From an uncultured Actinomycetota bacterium (GTDB lineage Bacteria > Actinomycetota > Actinomycetes > Streptosporangiales > Streptosporangiaceae): a stretch of DNA of 64,000 nucleotides. Below, piece after piece: positions 52,066 to 61,715 of the stretch (the stretch's first letter is position 1; every line of letters starts with the position of its first letter). Where the stretch lies: assembly GCA_963815575.1 (NCBI GenBank), contig CAWFHE010000004.1:133748-197747 (forward strand), read 5' to 3'. A program made the position numbers and the translations under genes. The notes under the pieces were generated by a model that saw only the letters and a program-made list of their open reading frames with translations, ran no database searches and was not told where the DNA came from.

Positions 52066-53453
52066 CTACCGGCAACCGCAACCGGCAAGCGTGCTCGCGA
52101 GGTCAACCATCGTCGTTGCCGCATTGACGAGATTGGCCGGGGGAATCTTGTCGGCCATCACGGCGAACGCAATCAACTGACCGTTTCGGGCATAAGCGGT
52201 ACCGGCCAGTGCCGCGACGGTACTCAGGTTCCCGGTCTTAGCCCGCACCACCCCGAGGCCAGTTCGCCCGCCAAGGCCGAACACGCTGCTTCCTGGCGTC
52301 AGCGTGCCGGAGAAACCCTCGACCGGCAAGCCGGTGAGCGCAGGCCGCAATGTCGGGTGCCTCGCCGCAAGCTTGATCAGCTGGACCAGCACGGCCGGAG
52401 CGATGCTGTCGGCTGGCGACAGCCCGCTATCGTCGACGAGGCTGACTTGACCGGTAATGCCAAGCCTGCGCAGCACTGCAGTCACGGCGCCGGCGGCACC
52501 GCTGAACGAGGCGGGCATGCCCAGGGCTAGCGCGACGTGACGGGCCAGGTTCTCGGCGATGACGTTGTTGCTCTCCTCGAGCATCCATTGCACGATCTCA
52601 GCCAGCGGAGGCGACCGGACGCTCGCAATCGTGCTGGCGCCGGCGGGCGCGGTTACCTGTGCGGGGGCGCCACGGACGGTGATCCCGTCGGCGGTAAGGA
52701 AGCCAGCGAACGAGGCGGCCGCCAGTTTCGCCGGATCAGCCGACCTAGGCCCGCTGGATGCCTCGTTGTCGGCTGGCGCCCCGGCGCGGGTAACGCGTCC
52801 CTGATCGGCTTCGAGCGGTGTAATGACCGAAACATTGCCAGTAGTCACGTAGCTCTGCGGCCAGCCCGGAGCCAGTTCCGGGCCGGAGTACAACGAAACG
52901 TCGTAGCCAAGCCGGACGCTGTGCAGGCCGCGCGCTCGCAATGCTGTCGCGGTCTGCTTGGCCAGCTCAGCAAGGGTGGCCGGCTGCGGGTAGTCAGCCG
53001 CTGACGGCGGGCCAGCCGCCAGTGTCGGATCTCCGCCGCCCACCAGGACGATCGACGAGGCGCCGCGTCCGGCGACGATGGTGGTAACGAACCGAGCCGA
53101 CGGCCCGAGTACCTGGAGGGCGGCGACCGATGTCGCCAGCTTGTTTGTCGACGCCGGAGCGAAGCCCGCCGCCGGGTTGTGCGCATAGAGCACCCGGCCG
53201 GTCGCCAGGTCGGTGACCAGCACCCCAAGCTGCGGGCCGAATACCGGCGAGCTGACCAGCGGACCGATAGCGCGCGCCACGCCGGCCGCTGTCGCGCCGC
53301 TCCCTGGCCGGCCGCGCCGGTCGCCGCGCCTAGTACCGGGTCCGGCGCGGCCACCCGGCCAGCAGAGATGCGCGGTTGCTGCAACAGCGCCAGGCGGCCT
53401 GGCAGCAGCCTGATGACAACCAGGCCAGCGACGATCGTGAAGGCGCACAGCAC
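52066..53453 (-). CDS. dacB: D-alanyl-D-alanine carboxypeptidase/endopeptidase (PBP4 family); possible frameshift near the N-terminus
   Basis: It has '[14 protein letters not shown]' (SxxK), 'SNN' in '[11 protein letters not shown]' and 'KTGNL' (KTG). A membrane-anchor-like '[13 protein letters not shown]' is encoded in a different frame upstream of about 53315. Confidence 0.8.
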
Positions 53454-53649
53454 CGCGATCGCTACCGCGGCAGCGCTCCTGGCCTGCCCAGCAACCGACG
53501 CAACAATAGGTCCCTTCGGACGACGCGCTATCCCCCGCGCTTGGCTCCCGGTGCGTGATGTGCTACCCCCGGTAGGGACTGGCGAAGTGCTACCGGGTAG
53601 ACATCAGCCAGGCAATCCGAGTTCCTATCAAGGTGCCGGGGGTGCGAGC

Positions 53650-54162
53650 GTGGAATTTGAAGTAATCATCGAGATCCCCAAGGGGCAGCGTAACAAGTAC
53701 GAGATGGATCACAAGACCGGTCGTATCAGGCTAGACCGGATGTTGTTCACTTCAACCCGCTATCCGGCAGATTACGGCTTCATTGAGGACACGCTTGCCG
53801 ACGACGGCGATCCGCTCGACGCGCTCGTGCTCCTGGAGGAACCCACATTTCCTGGTTGCCAGATCCTCTGCCGCGCCATCGGCATGTTCCGGATGCGCGA
53901 TGAGAAAGGTGCTGATGACAAGGTGCTCTGCGTTCCGGCGACGGATCCGCGGATGGCCCACCTCCGGGACATCACCGATGTCCCGGAGTTCGATCAGCTG
54001 GAGATCCAGCACTTCTTTGAGGTGTACAAGGCACTGGAGCCTGGCAAGGAGGTCGAATCTGCCACCTGGGTAGGCGTCGCGGCGGCCGAGGCCGAGATCG
54101 TGGATTGCCGTCGCCGGCTGGCCAGCAGCCCCGATCAGCATCACCCGGCCACTCCTGGATGA
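53650..54162 (+). CDS. ppa: inorganic pyrophosphatase
   Basis: I chose the GTG at 53650. The translation '[31 protein letters not shown]...[24 protein letters not shown]' is canonical family I PPase. Confidence 0.92.
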   Translation: MEFEVIIEIPKGQRNKYEMDHKTGRIRLDRMLFTSTRYPADYGFIEDTLADDGDPLDALVLLEEPTFPGCQILCRAIGMFRMRDEKGADDKVLCVPATDPRMAHLRDITDVPEFDQLEIQHFFEVYKALEPGKEVESATWVGVAAAEAEIVDCRRRLASSPDQHHPATPG

Positions 54163-54211
54163 CGAGAACCGGGAACGGGCACCACACAGTTGTCGGCCCT
54201 AAGGAGGGGTC

Positions 54212-54895
54212 ATGGCTAACACCGATGACGTACTCAGTGAGACGCCGCTGTTTGAGGCGCTCAGCGAGGAAGACGCCACCGCGCTGCGATCGGGCATCAT
54301 CGACGTCCAGCTCGACCGCGGTGAGCGCCTGTTCTCCGAGGGAGACGACGGCGACAAGCTGTACATCATCCTGACCGGCAAGATCAAGCTCACTAAGGCA
54401 GCGCCTGATGGCCGGGAGAATCTGCTCAGCGTGCACGGCCCCGGCGAGATGTTCGGCGAGCTTTCGCTGTTCGACCCGATCCCGCGGACGTCCAGCGCAA
54501 CGGCGCTGACGAACGCCCGGCTGGCCGGCCTGGCTCACGATGACTTGCGGACCTGGCTGTGCGAGCGGCCCGAGGTCGCAATGCACCTGCTGCAGGCGCT
54601 GGCCCAGCGGCTGCGCCGCATCAACGATGTCAAGGCGGATCTCGTATTCACCGACGTGCCTGGCAGGGTCGCCAAGGCGCTACTTGACCTCGCCGAGCGG
54701 TTCGGCGTTCAGACTCCGGAGGGTGTGCAGGTCAACCATGACCTCACCCAGGAGGAACTGGCTCAGCTCGTCGGCGCGTCCAGAGAGACAGTAAATAAGG
54801 CGCTCGCCGATTTCACCGCTCGCGGCTGGATTCAGCTGGCGGCCAAGTCCGTCCTGATCACCGACACTGACCGCCTGCGCAAGCGAGCCAGGTAG
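54212..54895 (+). CDS. crp: Crp/Fnr family (cAMP receptor protein) transcriptional regulator
   Basis: 227 aa. It has the cNMP-binding block 'LFSEGDDGDKLYIILTGKIKL...GPGEMFGELSLFD' and the HTH 'LTQEELAQLVGASRETVNKALADF'. Confidence 0.92.
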   Translation: MANTDDVLSETPLFEALSEEDATALRSGIIDVQLDRGERLFSEGDDGDKLYIILTGKIKLTKAAPDGRENLLSVHGPGEMFGELSLFDPIPRTSSATALTNARLAGLAHDDLRTWLCERPEVAMHLLQALAQRLRRINDVKADLVFTDVPGRVAKALLDLAERFGVQTPEGVQVNHDLTQEELAQLVGASRETVNKALADFTARGWIQLAAKSVLITDTDRLRKRAR

Positions 54896-54935
54896 CACCG
54901 AGCCAGGAGCACGAGCGCCGGGAAACGAGCACGCG

Positions 54936-55774
54936 TCACCAGCTCACTTCGGCAGGCAACTCACCCGCGGCGCGCAAGTAGCGGAGCTGGGCCCGGACGG
55001 AAGACTCGGCGAAGCGCCACAGCCTGCGGTCGACTTCGGCATACACCCGGGCGACGATCTCGGCCGGGGTGCGGTCGCCAGCCGCGACCGCGGCACGGAC
55101 CTCATCAAGCCGCTCGGCCCGGTGTGTCAGGTAGAAGTCCAGTACGGCCGCCGGATCAGCGAGCAGCGGGCCGTGCCCTGGCAGCAGCGCCGACAGGCCA
55201 GTCTCTTCGGTCAGCGCCCGCAGCCGCCGCAACGAGTCCAGGTAGTCGCCGAGGCTGCCGTCATCAGAGATCACCGCCGTGCCCCGGCCAAGCACCGTGT
55301 CGCCAGTAAGGACGACGTTGTCCGCAGGTACCTGCAGGCAGACCGAGTCATCGGTATGCCCAGGAGTCGGGATGACACGCAGCTCGCAGCCGCTGCTGTC
55401 GAGCACGTCACCCGCGGTAAGGCCGTCGCTGCGCGAGCCGGTGCGACGGATCCACTGCTCGCACCGGCGCGCCGGTCAGCTCGGCTAGCCTCGGAGCGCC
55501 TGCTGAGTGATCGAGATGCCGGTGGGTGAGCACGATATCGGCGACACGCTGGCCGCGCTCGGCCACGACTGCGCGGATTCGCTGCACGTGACTCTCGTCG
55601 TCAGGGCCGGGATCGATCACGATGACCGTGGCCGCGCCAGGCTCGGCGACCAGCCAGGTGTTCGTCCCGTCCAAGAGTCATCAGCGACGGGTTCGGCGCT
55701 AGCACGCACCGGACCCGCTCGGTACCCGAGCCGTCGATTCCGGCTCCGGCCTGGATTGGCGCTTCCGACGTCAC
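54936..55774 (-). pseudogene. MBL-fold metallo-hydrolase (Rv3677c-like), split over three frames
   Basis: It reads '...VLAPNPSLMTL|DGTNTWLVAEPG...THRHLDHSAG...|...LRVIPTPGHTDDS...'. The shifts are near 55673 (extra T) and about 55433. The proposed GTG start at 55774 lies in a GTGA context. The boundary with the upstream Nudix gene is not fully resolved. Confidence 0.7.
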
Positions 55775-56646
55775 GCCGGCCCGCCCTGACCCGATCGAGT
55801 ACTCGCTGAGGCCTGGCACGGTCAGCCAGACCGCGCCTTCGCGCAGCTGTATCTCCGGGATGATGGGCGCGACCTGCCGCGGCCCGGTCAGCACAGTGTC
55901 CAGGTCGCCGCAGTCAGCTAGCTCGGACAGCGTCACCGCGGTAGGCGGGAACAGCCTGATCTCACGCCGTTTCCCGGCCGCAAGGGCGTCGCCGGGCACT
56001 ACCCACGCGACCTCGGAAGCCTCGCCACCGACGTCCCTGGTGCGCTGCCCGGCAGGCAGCGCCGCGGCGAAGAACCGGGTGTCGAACCTGCGCGGCTCGA
56101 TGACCGGGGTAATCCACCGCGCCCACGGGCGCAGCAGGTCGGCCCGGAGCACGAGTCCCGCGGCGGGCGAGCAGTTCGGCGAGCGAGACCGAGCGGTCGA
56201 GCAGGGCTAGCCGGTCCGACTCCCACTCGTCGCTGGTGGTGTCGGCCACGACCGAGTCGGCCGACTCGCCCGCCAGCAGAACGCCTGACTCCTCGAAGGT
56301 CTCCCGGACCGCAGCGCAGACCAGCGCCCTGGCTAGCGACGGCGGCGCGGCAAAGATGCGGCCCCACTCGGCGGCATCCGGTCCCGCCCAGGCGATTTCC
56401 TCGTCGGCGTCGCGCGGGTCGACCGATCCGCCGGGAAACACGTACGCTCCCGGAGCGAACGCCATCGTCGGCTTGCGCCGCAGCATGTAGACCTCGAGGC
56501 CGGTGCTGCGCTGTCGCAGCAGCATGACTGTTGCCGCGTCACGCGGGCTCAGCCGGAACCTGATTGCCCGCCAGGATTTCGCGCGCAGTCCCGGCGAGTT
56601 CGCCGGTGAGCCGGATGGAGGCAGCCTGCACTGCATCTTCCGCCAT
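55771..56646 (-). pseudogene. NUDIX hydrolase, split over at least three frames
   Basis: ATG at 56646 with GGAGG 6 nt upstream. It has the Nudix box region 'YVFPGGSVDP...AAVRETFEESGVLL'. The shifts are near 56540 (extra C) and 56156 (extra A). The 3' end is uncertain. Confidence 0.65.
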
Positions 56647-56667
56647 GTCTGCCTCCGCCCGGCGGGC

Positions 56668-57171
56668 CTAGTCCCCGACTTCGACGATGAGCTCGATCTC
56701 CACCGGGGCGTCAAGCGGCAGCGCCGCGGTTCCCACCGCGCTCCGGGCATGCCTGCCCGCGTCGCCGAAGATCTCAAGCAGCAGCTCGCTTGCGCCGTTC
56801 ACCACCTGAGGCTGGCCGGTGAAGTCTGGCGAACTGGCCACGAAGCCGGTCAGCTTCACGATGCGCTTGATCGACGACAGGCCGCCGGCCGCCGACGCCG
56901 CTGCGGCGAGCGCATTGAGCGCGCAGGTCCTGGCCAGCGCGGCAGCCTCAGCAGCTCCGACCTCAGCACCGACCTTCCCGGTCGACACGAGCTGACCCTC
57001 GACCATCGGCAGCTGCCCGGCGGTGTAGACCATCGCGCCGGACCGGACCGCGGGCACGTACGCCGCGAGCGGCGCGACGACAGGCGGCAGGGTGAGCCCG
57101 AGGGCCTCCAGCCGCTGCTCCGGCCCGGACGGCGCGGCTGCCGTTGCACCGGTCGAGTCAGGCTCGGTCAT
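56668..57171 (-). CDS. RidA/YjgF/L-PSP family protein
   Basis: 167 aa. 'MVYTAGQLPM' and 'RSAVGTAALPLDAPVEIELIVEV' are typical RidA-fold blocks. Confidence 0.85.
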   Translation of the reverse strand: MTEPDSTGATAAAPSGPEQRLEALGLTLPPVVAPLAAYVPAVRSGAMVYTAGQLPMVEGQLVSTGKVGAEVGAAEAAALARTCALNALAAAASAAGGLSSIKRIVKLTGFVASSPDFTGQPQVVNGASELLLEIFGDAGRHARSAVGTAALPLDAPVEIELIVEVGD

Positions 57172-57323
57172 TCCTTAACCCGCTTGAGGTAGGCAACGAG
57201 CTGCTCCGGATTCGGGCCCGGCACGACCGCCACGAGTTCCCAGCCGTCGTCGCCCCAGCCATCCAGGATTTGCTTGGTTGCATGCACCAGTAGCGGCACA
57301 GTCGCGTACTCCCATTTGGCCAT
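57168..57323 (-). CDS. DUF4177 domain protein (51 aa)
   Basis: Not in the ORF track because it is under 60 aa. My manual translation is 'MAKWEYATVPLLVHATKQILDGWGDDGWELVAVVPGPNPEQLVAYLKRVKE'. Its stop overlaps the RidA start (ATGA). Confidence 0.75.
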   Translation of the reverse strand: MAKWEYATVPLLVHATKQILDGWGDDGWELVAVVPGPNPEQLVAYLKRVKE

Positions 57324-57379
57324 AGCCGAACCCTACAGGGCAGCCATCCGGAGCTGTCTACGTCAGTCAGCAGCCCGCG

Positions 57380-58373
57380 CTACTCGCTAGCGGGGTGATG
57401 CGCGGTGCCGATTTCGCCCTTCTCCTCCGGCGACAGCTCCGGAATCTCGGGTACCTCGGGAATGTCGAGCGGGACGTCCGGGGCGTTAGCGATCGCTGCG
57501 GGGCCGGCCGCCTTCCCGATGGCGTCGGAGAGGGAGGCATCGGCCAGGGCCGTGTCGCCAAAGTCGGCCAACGACTCCGAGCCGCCGGCCGCCCCGCTCG
57601 GGCCGCCGCTGGTCGGGGTGAACTTGTCGAAGAACCGCAGCAGCTCAACCGGAATCGGCATGACAAGCGTGCTGTTGCGCTCGCCTGCCACCTCGACCAC
57701 CGTCTGCAGCAGCCGGAGCTGCAGCGCCGCCGGGTCTCGTGCCATCACGTTTGCGGCCGCTGCGAGCCGCTTGGACGCCTGGAATTCACCGTCTGCCGTG
57801 ATGATCCTGGCTCGCCGTTCCCGCTCTGCCTCAGCCTGGCGTGACATCGACCGCTTCATGCCCTCGGGGAGCGACACGTCCTTGATCTCGACGCTCTCCA
57901 CCTTGACGCCCCAGGGGATCTCCGTCCCCTCGTCGATGATCGCGGCCAGCCGACGGTTAACGGTGTCCCGCTCGGCAAGCAGCTCGTCCATCTCCGACTG
58001 GCCGATGATCGACCGCAGTGACGTCTGGGCGCGCTGGGAGATCGCGTTCTGGTAGTTGAAGACGTTAATCGAGGCTTTGATCGGGTCGACGACGCGGAAG
58101 TAGACCACCGCATCGACCCTGACGCTAACGTTGTCCCTGGTAATGCCCTCCTGTGCAGGCACGCCCATCGCGATGATCTGCTTATTGACCTTGACCAGCT
58201 TGTCGCCGATCGGCCGGATGAAGGTCAAACCGGGTCCGCGGACTCCGGGCAGAACCTTGCCGAACCGGAAAATGATTCCGTCCTCATACTGCTGCACGGT
58301 CTTGATAGCCCGGGAGCCGGCGTATAACCGCGGCTAGCACGATGACAACGACGATGGCGATCAGCGCATCCAT
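57380..58373 (-). pseudogene. SPFH/band-7 (stomatin-like) protein with a frameshift between the N-terminal membrane anchor and the SPFH domain
   Basis: The ATG at 58373 encodes 'MDALIAIVVVIVLAAVI', then the frame is lost near 58327. The downstream frame continues '..KTVQQYEDGIIFRFGK...' through a typical SPFH domain. Confidence 0.8.
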
Positions 58374-58548
58374 GTGCGGACACCTCTTCCCATGGGTCCG
58401 CGGATCAGCGAACCCTCACCGCCCAGCCTAGTGAGATTGTGCCCCAGACCAACAGCGCGGAGATAACGGACATGTCACTCCGCCCCGGCTCCGCCCATCG
58501 CAGAGGCACCTGCGCTCGTTCGTCCCCGGCCCCAGATAACCTCCAATC

Positions 58549-59561
58549 GTGGCTACGCGGGACACCGACTGGGACGGCGTGCGGCTGCACGTCGTCACCG
58601 GCAAGGGCGGCACGGGCAAGACGACCGTGGCTGGCGCGCTTGCCCTAGCGCTGGCAGCCGACGGCCGCCGGGTGCTGCTGATGGAGGTCGAGGGCCGCCA
58701 GGGCATCGCGCAGCTGTTCGACGTGCCGCCGCTGCCATACGAGGAACGACGGATCGCGGTCGGGCCGGGAACCGGCTCGCACCCGGGCGGCGACGTGTTC
58801 GCGCTGGTAGCCGACCCGGAATCGGCCCTGATCGAGTACCTGCAGATGTTCTACAGCCTTCGCCATGCCGGCAGCGCGCTGGCCAAGCTCGGGGTGATGG
58901 ACTTCGCCACCACGATCGCGCCTGGCCTGCGGGACGTGCTGCTCACCGGCAAGGCGGCCGAGGCCGTCAGGCGCAAGGACGGCAGCCGGGGCCGCAGCTA
59001 CGACGCTGTCGTGATGGACGCCCCGCCCACCGGCAGGATCGGCCGCTTCCTCAACGTCAGCGCAGAGGTCTCCGACCTGGCGCGGGTCGGCCCGATCCGT
59101 GGTCATGCGGACACTGTGCAGCAGGTAATCCGGTCACCGGAAACCGTCGTGCATTTCGTCACAGTGCTCGAGGAGATGCCGGTACAGGAGACCCTGGACG
59201 GCATCGCTGAACTGCGCTCGCTTGGCGGGATCAGGCCCGGCGGCATCATCGTCAACATGACCAGGCCGCTCGCGCTGCCATCAGGCCAGCTCAAGAAGGC
59301 GGCGGCCGGCAAGCTTGATCTAGCCCAGCTGACTGCCGGGCTCAAGTCCGCGGGCCTCGACGACAGCCACGGCCTGGCTACCGCTCTGGCTGCCGAACTG
59401 GCCGAGCAGGCCAGGACCACACTCGGCCAGGAGGAGCAGCAACAGCGGCTGGACACCGCGGGCCAGCCGTGCTACCGGCTGCCCTGGATCAGCGGCGGCA
59501 TGGACATGGCCGGGTTGTACCGCCTGGCGACGGCGCTCCGCGAGATCAGAAGGCGGCCTGA
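58549..59561 (+). pseudogene. ArsA/Get3-like P-loop ATPase (Rv3679-like); probable 1-nt loss about 10 nt before the natural stop
   Basis: It has the deviant Walker A 'TGKGGTGKTT'. As sequenced, the ORF runs on to 59919 across the next gene. A TGATGA double stop overlapping the next ATG (59559-59563) sits in the adjacent frame. Confidence 0.7.
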
Positions 59562-60901
59562 TGACCGGACGACCGCCGCCGCCACTCGACGTGGACCGGC
59601 TGATCGACGACCGCCGGACGCGCATCATCGTGTGCTGCGGCTCAGGCGGGGTCGGGAAGACCACGATCGCGGCCGCTATCGGGTTGCGCGCGGCCGAGCG
59701 CGGCAGGCATGTGGTCGTGCTCACCGTCGATCCGGCCCGCAGGCTGGCCCAGTCCATGGGGCTGACCTCGCTGGACAACACTCCGCGGCCGGTGCGCGGC
59801 GTCAAAACCAACGACCATCAGGGCGGGAACGGGGCCGAATCGGCTGGCAGCCTGCACGCCATGATGCTGGATATGAAGCGAACGTTCGACGAGATTGTCG
59901 AGGCTCACGCGGACCCTGACCGCGCTGCCCAGATCCTCGCGAACCCGTTCTACCAGTCGCTGTCGTCCAGCTTCGCTGGCACGCAGGAGTACATGGCCAT
60001 GGAGAAGCTCGGCCAGCTCCGGCGTGCCGACGAGTGGGACCTGATCGTGGTGGACACTCCGCCGAGCCGGTCGGCGCTGGACTTCCTTGACGCTCCGCAG
60101 CGGCTCGCCCGGTTTCTCGACGGACGGTTGCTTCGGCTGCTGACCGCGCCAGCCAAGGTCGGCGGCCGGGCTTATCTCCGTGCACTCAACGCCGGGTTCG
60201 GCATGGTGACCGGTATGCTGACGAAGATCCTCGGCACCCAGGTGCTCAGGGACGTCCAGACTTTCGTCAGTGCGCTGGACACGATGTTCGGCGGCTTCAG
60301 GGAGCGAGCCGACTACACCTATCAGTTGCTCCGCGCGCCAGGTACGGCGTTCCTGGTAGTCGCCGCTCCGGAGGAAGACGCGTTGCGCGAGGCGTCGTAC
60401 TTCGTCGAGCGGCTTGATACCGAGCGGATGCCGCTCGCCGGGCTGATTCTTAATCGCGTCCAGCAAGGTACCCGCCGTGCACCTGTCGGCGGCCAGGAGC
60501 CTGGCCGCAGTTGAGGTTTGCAAGGCCCGGTATCAGACACACAGCTATCCGGCAGCAAAGCGTCCGGCCGCGGAGGGGCCGACGACCAGGCAGCGGCCCG
60601 GCAGCTGACGATTGCCGCGCTGCAGCTGCACGCCGACCGGATGACGCAGGCGGCATCGGAGCGCAGGATGGCTGGCGGTTTCGCTGCTGCCCACCCGCTG
60701 GTTCCGATGGCCGAGATACCGGCGCAGCCCGAGGACGTACACGACCTCGAAGGCTTGCGCCGGGTCGGTGAATCATTTGCCGCTAGAGCAGTGAACAGCT
60801 TTGACAGCGGGCGCATGCTGATCTCTGACTCGCCGCTAGCCGCGGGAACTTACCGGGTGAGGCGGCCGTTAGCAGTCTCGGTCGGCCTCGATGGGGGCTA
60901 A
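59561..60901 (+). pseudogene. ArsA/Get3-like P-loop ATPase (Rv3680-like), split over three frames
   Basis: It has '[11 protein letters not shown]' and '[15 protein letters not shown]'. The frame changes lie near 60465 and 60515. The C-terminal part '...AARQLTIAALQLHADR...VPMAEIPAQPEDVHDLEGLRRVG' is in a third frame. The true stop may lie before 60901. Confidence 0.75.
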
Positions 60902-60934
60902 GAGCCCGTTTCCTCGGCCTGGCCTGAAGTTTTT

Positions 60935-61234
60935 CTAGCTGGCGACGAGCTCATCCCCGGTGCGCTCGTAGTGGTTGCGCGCGTTCTCCAGCAGATCGCG
61001 CCAGGACATGACGTCCGGCCGGCGGCGGAGCAGCGCGCGGCGCTCCCGTTCGGTCATGCCGCCCCAGACGCCGAACTCAATCCGGTTGTCCAGCGCATCG
61101 GCCAGGCACTCTGTCCTGACCGGGCAGCCGCGGCAGATCAGCTTGGCCCGGTTCTGCGCCGCGCCCTGGACGAAGAGCTCGTCCGGGTCAGTTCCCTTGC
61201 ACGCGGCACGCGCAGTCCAGTCCGTGATCCACAT
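60935..61234 (-). CDS. wblA: WhiB-family Fe-S transcription factor (WblA / WhiB4 ortholog by sequence and position)
   Basis: 99 aa. 'WITDWTARAACKGTDPDELFVQGAAQNRAKLICRGCPVRTECLADALDNRIEFGVWGGMTERERRALLRRRP' carries four Cys plus the GVWGG turn. It is divergent from a class A PBP gene, as in Streptomyces and M. tuberculosis. Confidence 0.88.
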   Translation of the reverse strand: MWITDWTARAACKGTDPDELFVQGAAQNRAKLICRGCPVRTECLADALDNRIEFGVWGGMTERERRALLRRRPDVMSWRDLLENARNHYERTGDELVAS

Positions 61235-61715
61235 GTGGTCCAGCTCCTCTGATCGTCACGCCCGCGGGGGGTGATCACGCCCGGGTGGCGTTCAGTTGCG
61301 GTCCGGAGCCGACTCGGGGCGACAGGCTCCGGCGAGTGATGGTCGCGGAAGAGTAACTTACGGAAGTCCGGCGCGCAGCGCTAGCCCCCAGCCGGCCCAT
61401 TCACGAATAGCCCGGTTGGGCTATAGAGGCCCGAGCGGCTACTGGCTACACTGCCACGACTCGGCCGTTGTCCCTGCGCATTTGGCGATGGCTACTAGCA
61501 GCGAACAGTCAGCGACGCGGAGCTAGCTCAGCTAGCGTCACTCGTGGGGCTGGCTGTGTTTGTTAGTTCGCGGCTTACCGCTGCGGCCGGTTTATGTCGG
61601 CCCGTGTTCGCCGGATGGGCTTTGCTGTATGACGGGCCGAGCTTGTCTGGCGGAGCCGGGGCGCCGCCGGCTCGTCTTGTGGCTGGCGGTTGCCAATGCA
61701 GCGTAGCCTGGGCGG

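Noticed and set aside
53179-54162. 327-aa ORF as the full-length inorganic pyrophosphatase
   Set aside because: The first ~157 codons are an Arg/Ala/Pro-rich read-through antisense to the dacB 5' region. The conserved PPase sequence starts at the GTG at 53650. The long N-terminal extensions of the folP (to 44057), folK (to 42730), folB (to 42957), hpt (to 49792), lsr2 (to 31496) and radA (from 23420) ORFs were trimmed for the same reason.
58549-59919. 456-aa ORF as the true length of the first ArsA-like ATPase
   Set aside because: Beyond about 59560 the translation is an out-of-frame reading of the second ArsA-like gene (Arg-rich nonsense). A TGATGA stop overlapping the next ATG sits one frame away.
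61251-61290. CRP-binding site (TGTGA-N6-TCACA) upstream of the WhiB-family gene, given that crp is in the window
   Set aside because: Only isolated GTGA/TCAC half-sites with the wrong spacing are present (GGTGATCACG and CGTCACG). There is no convincing 16-bp palindrome.
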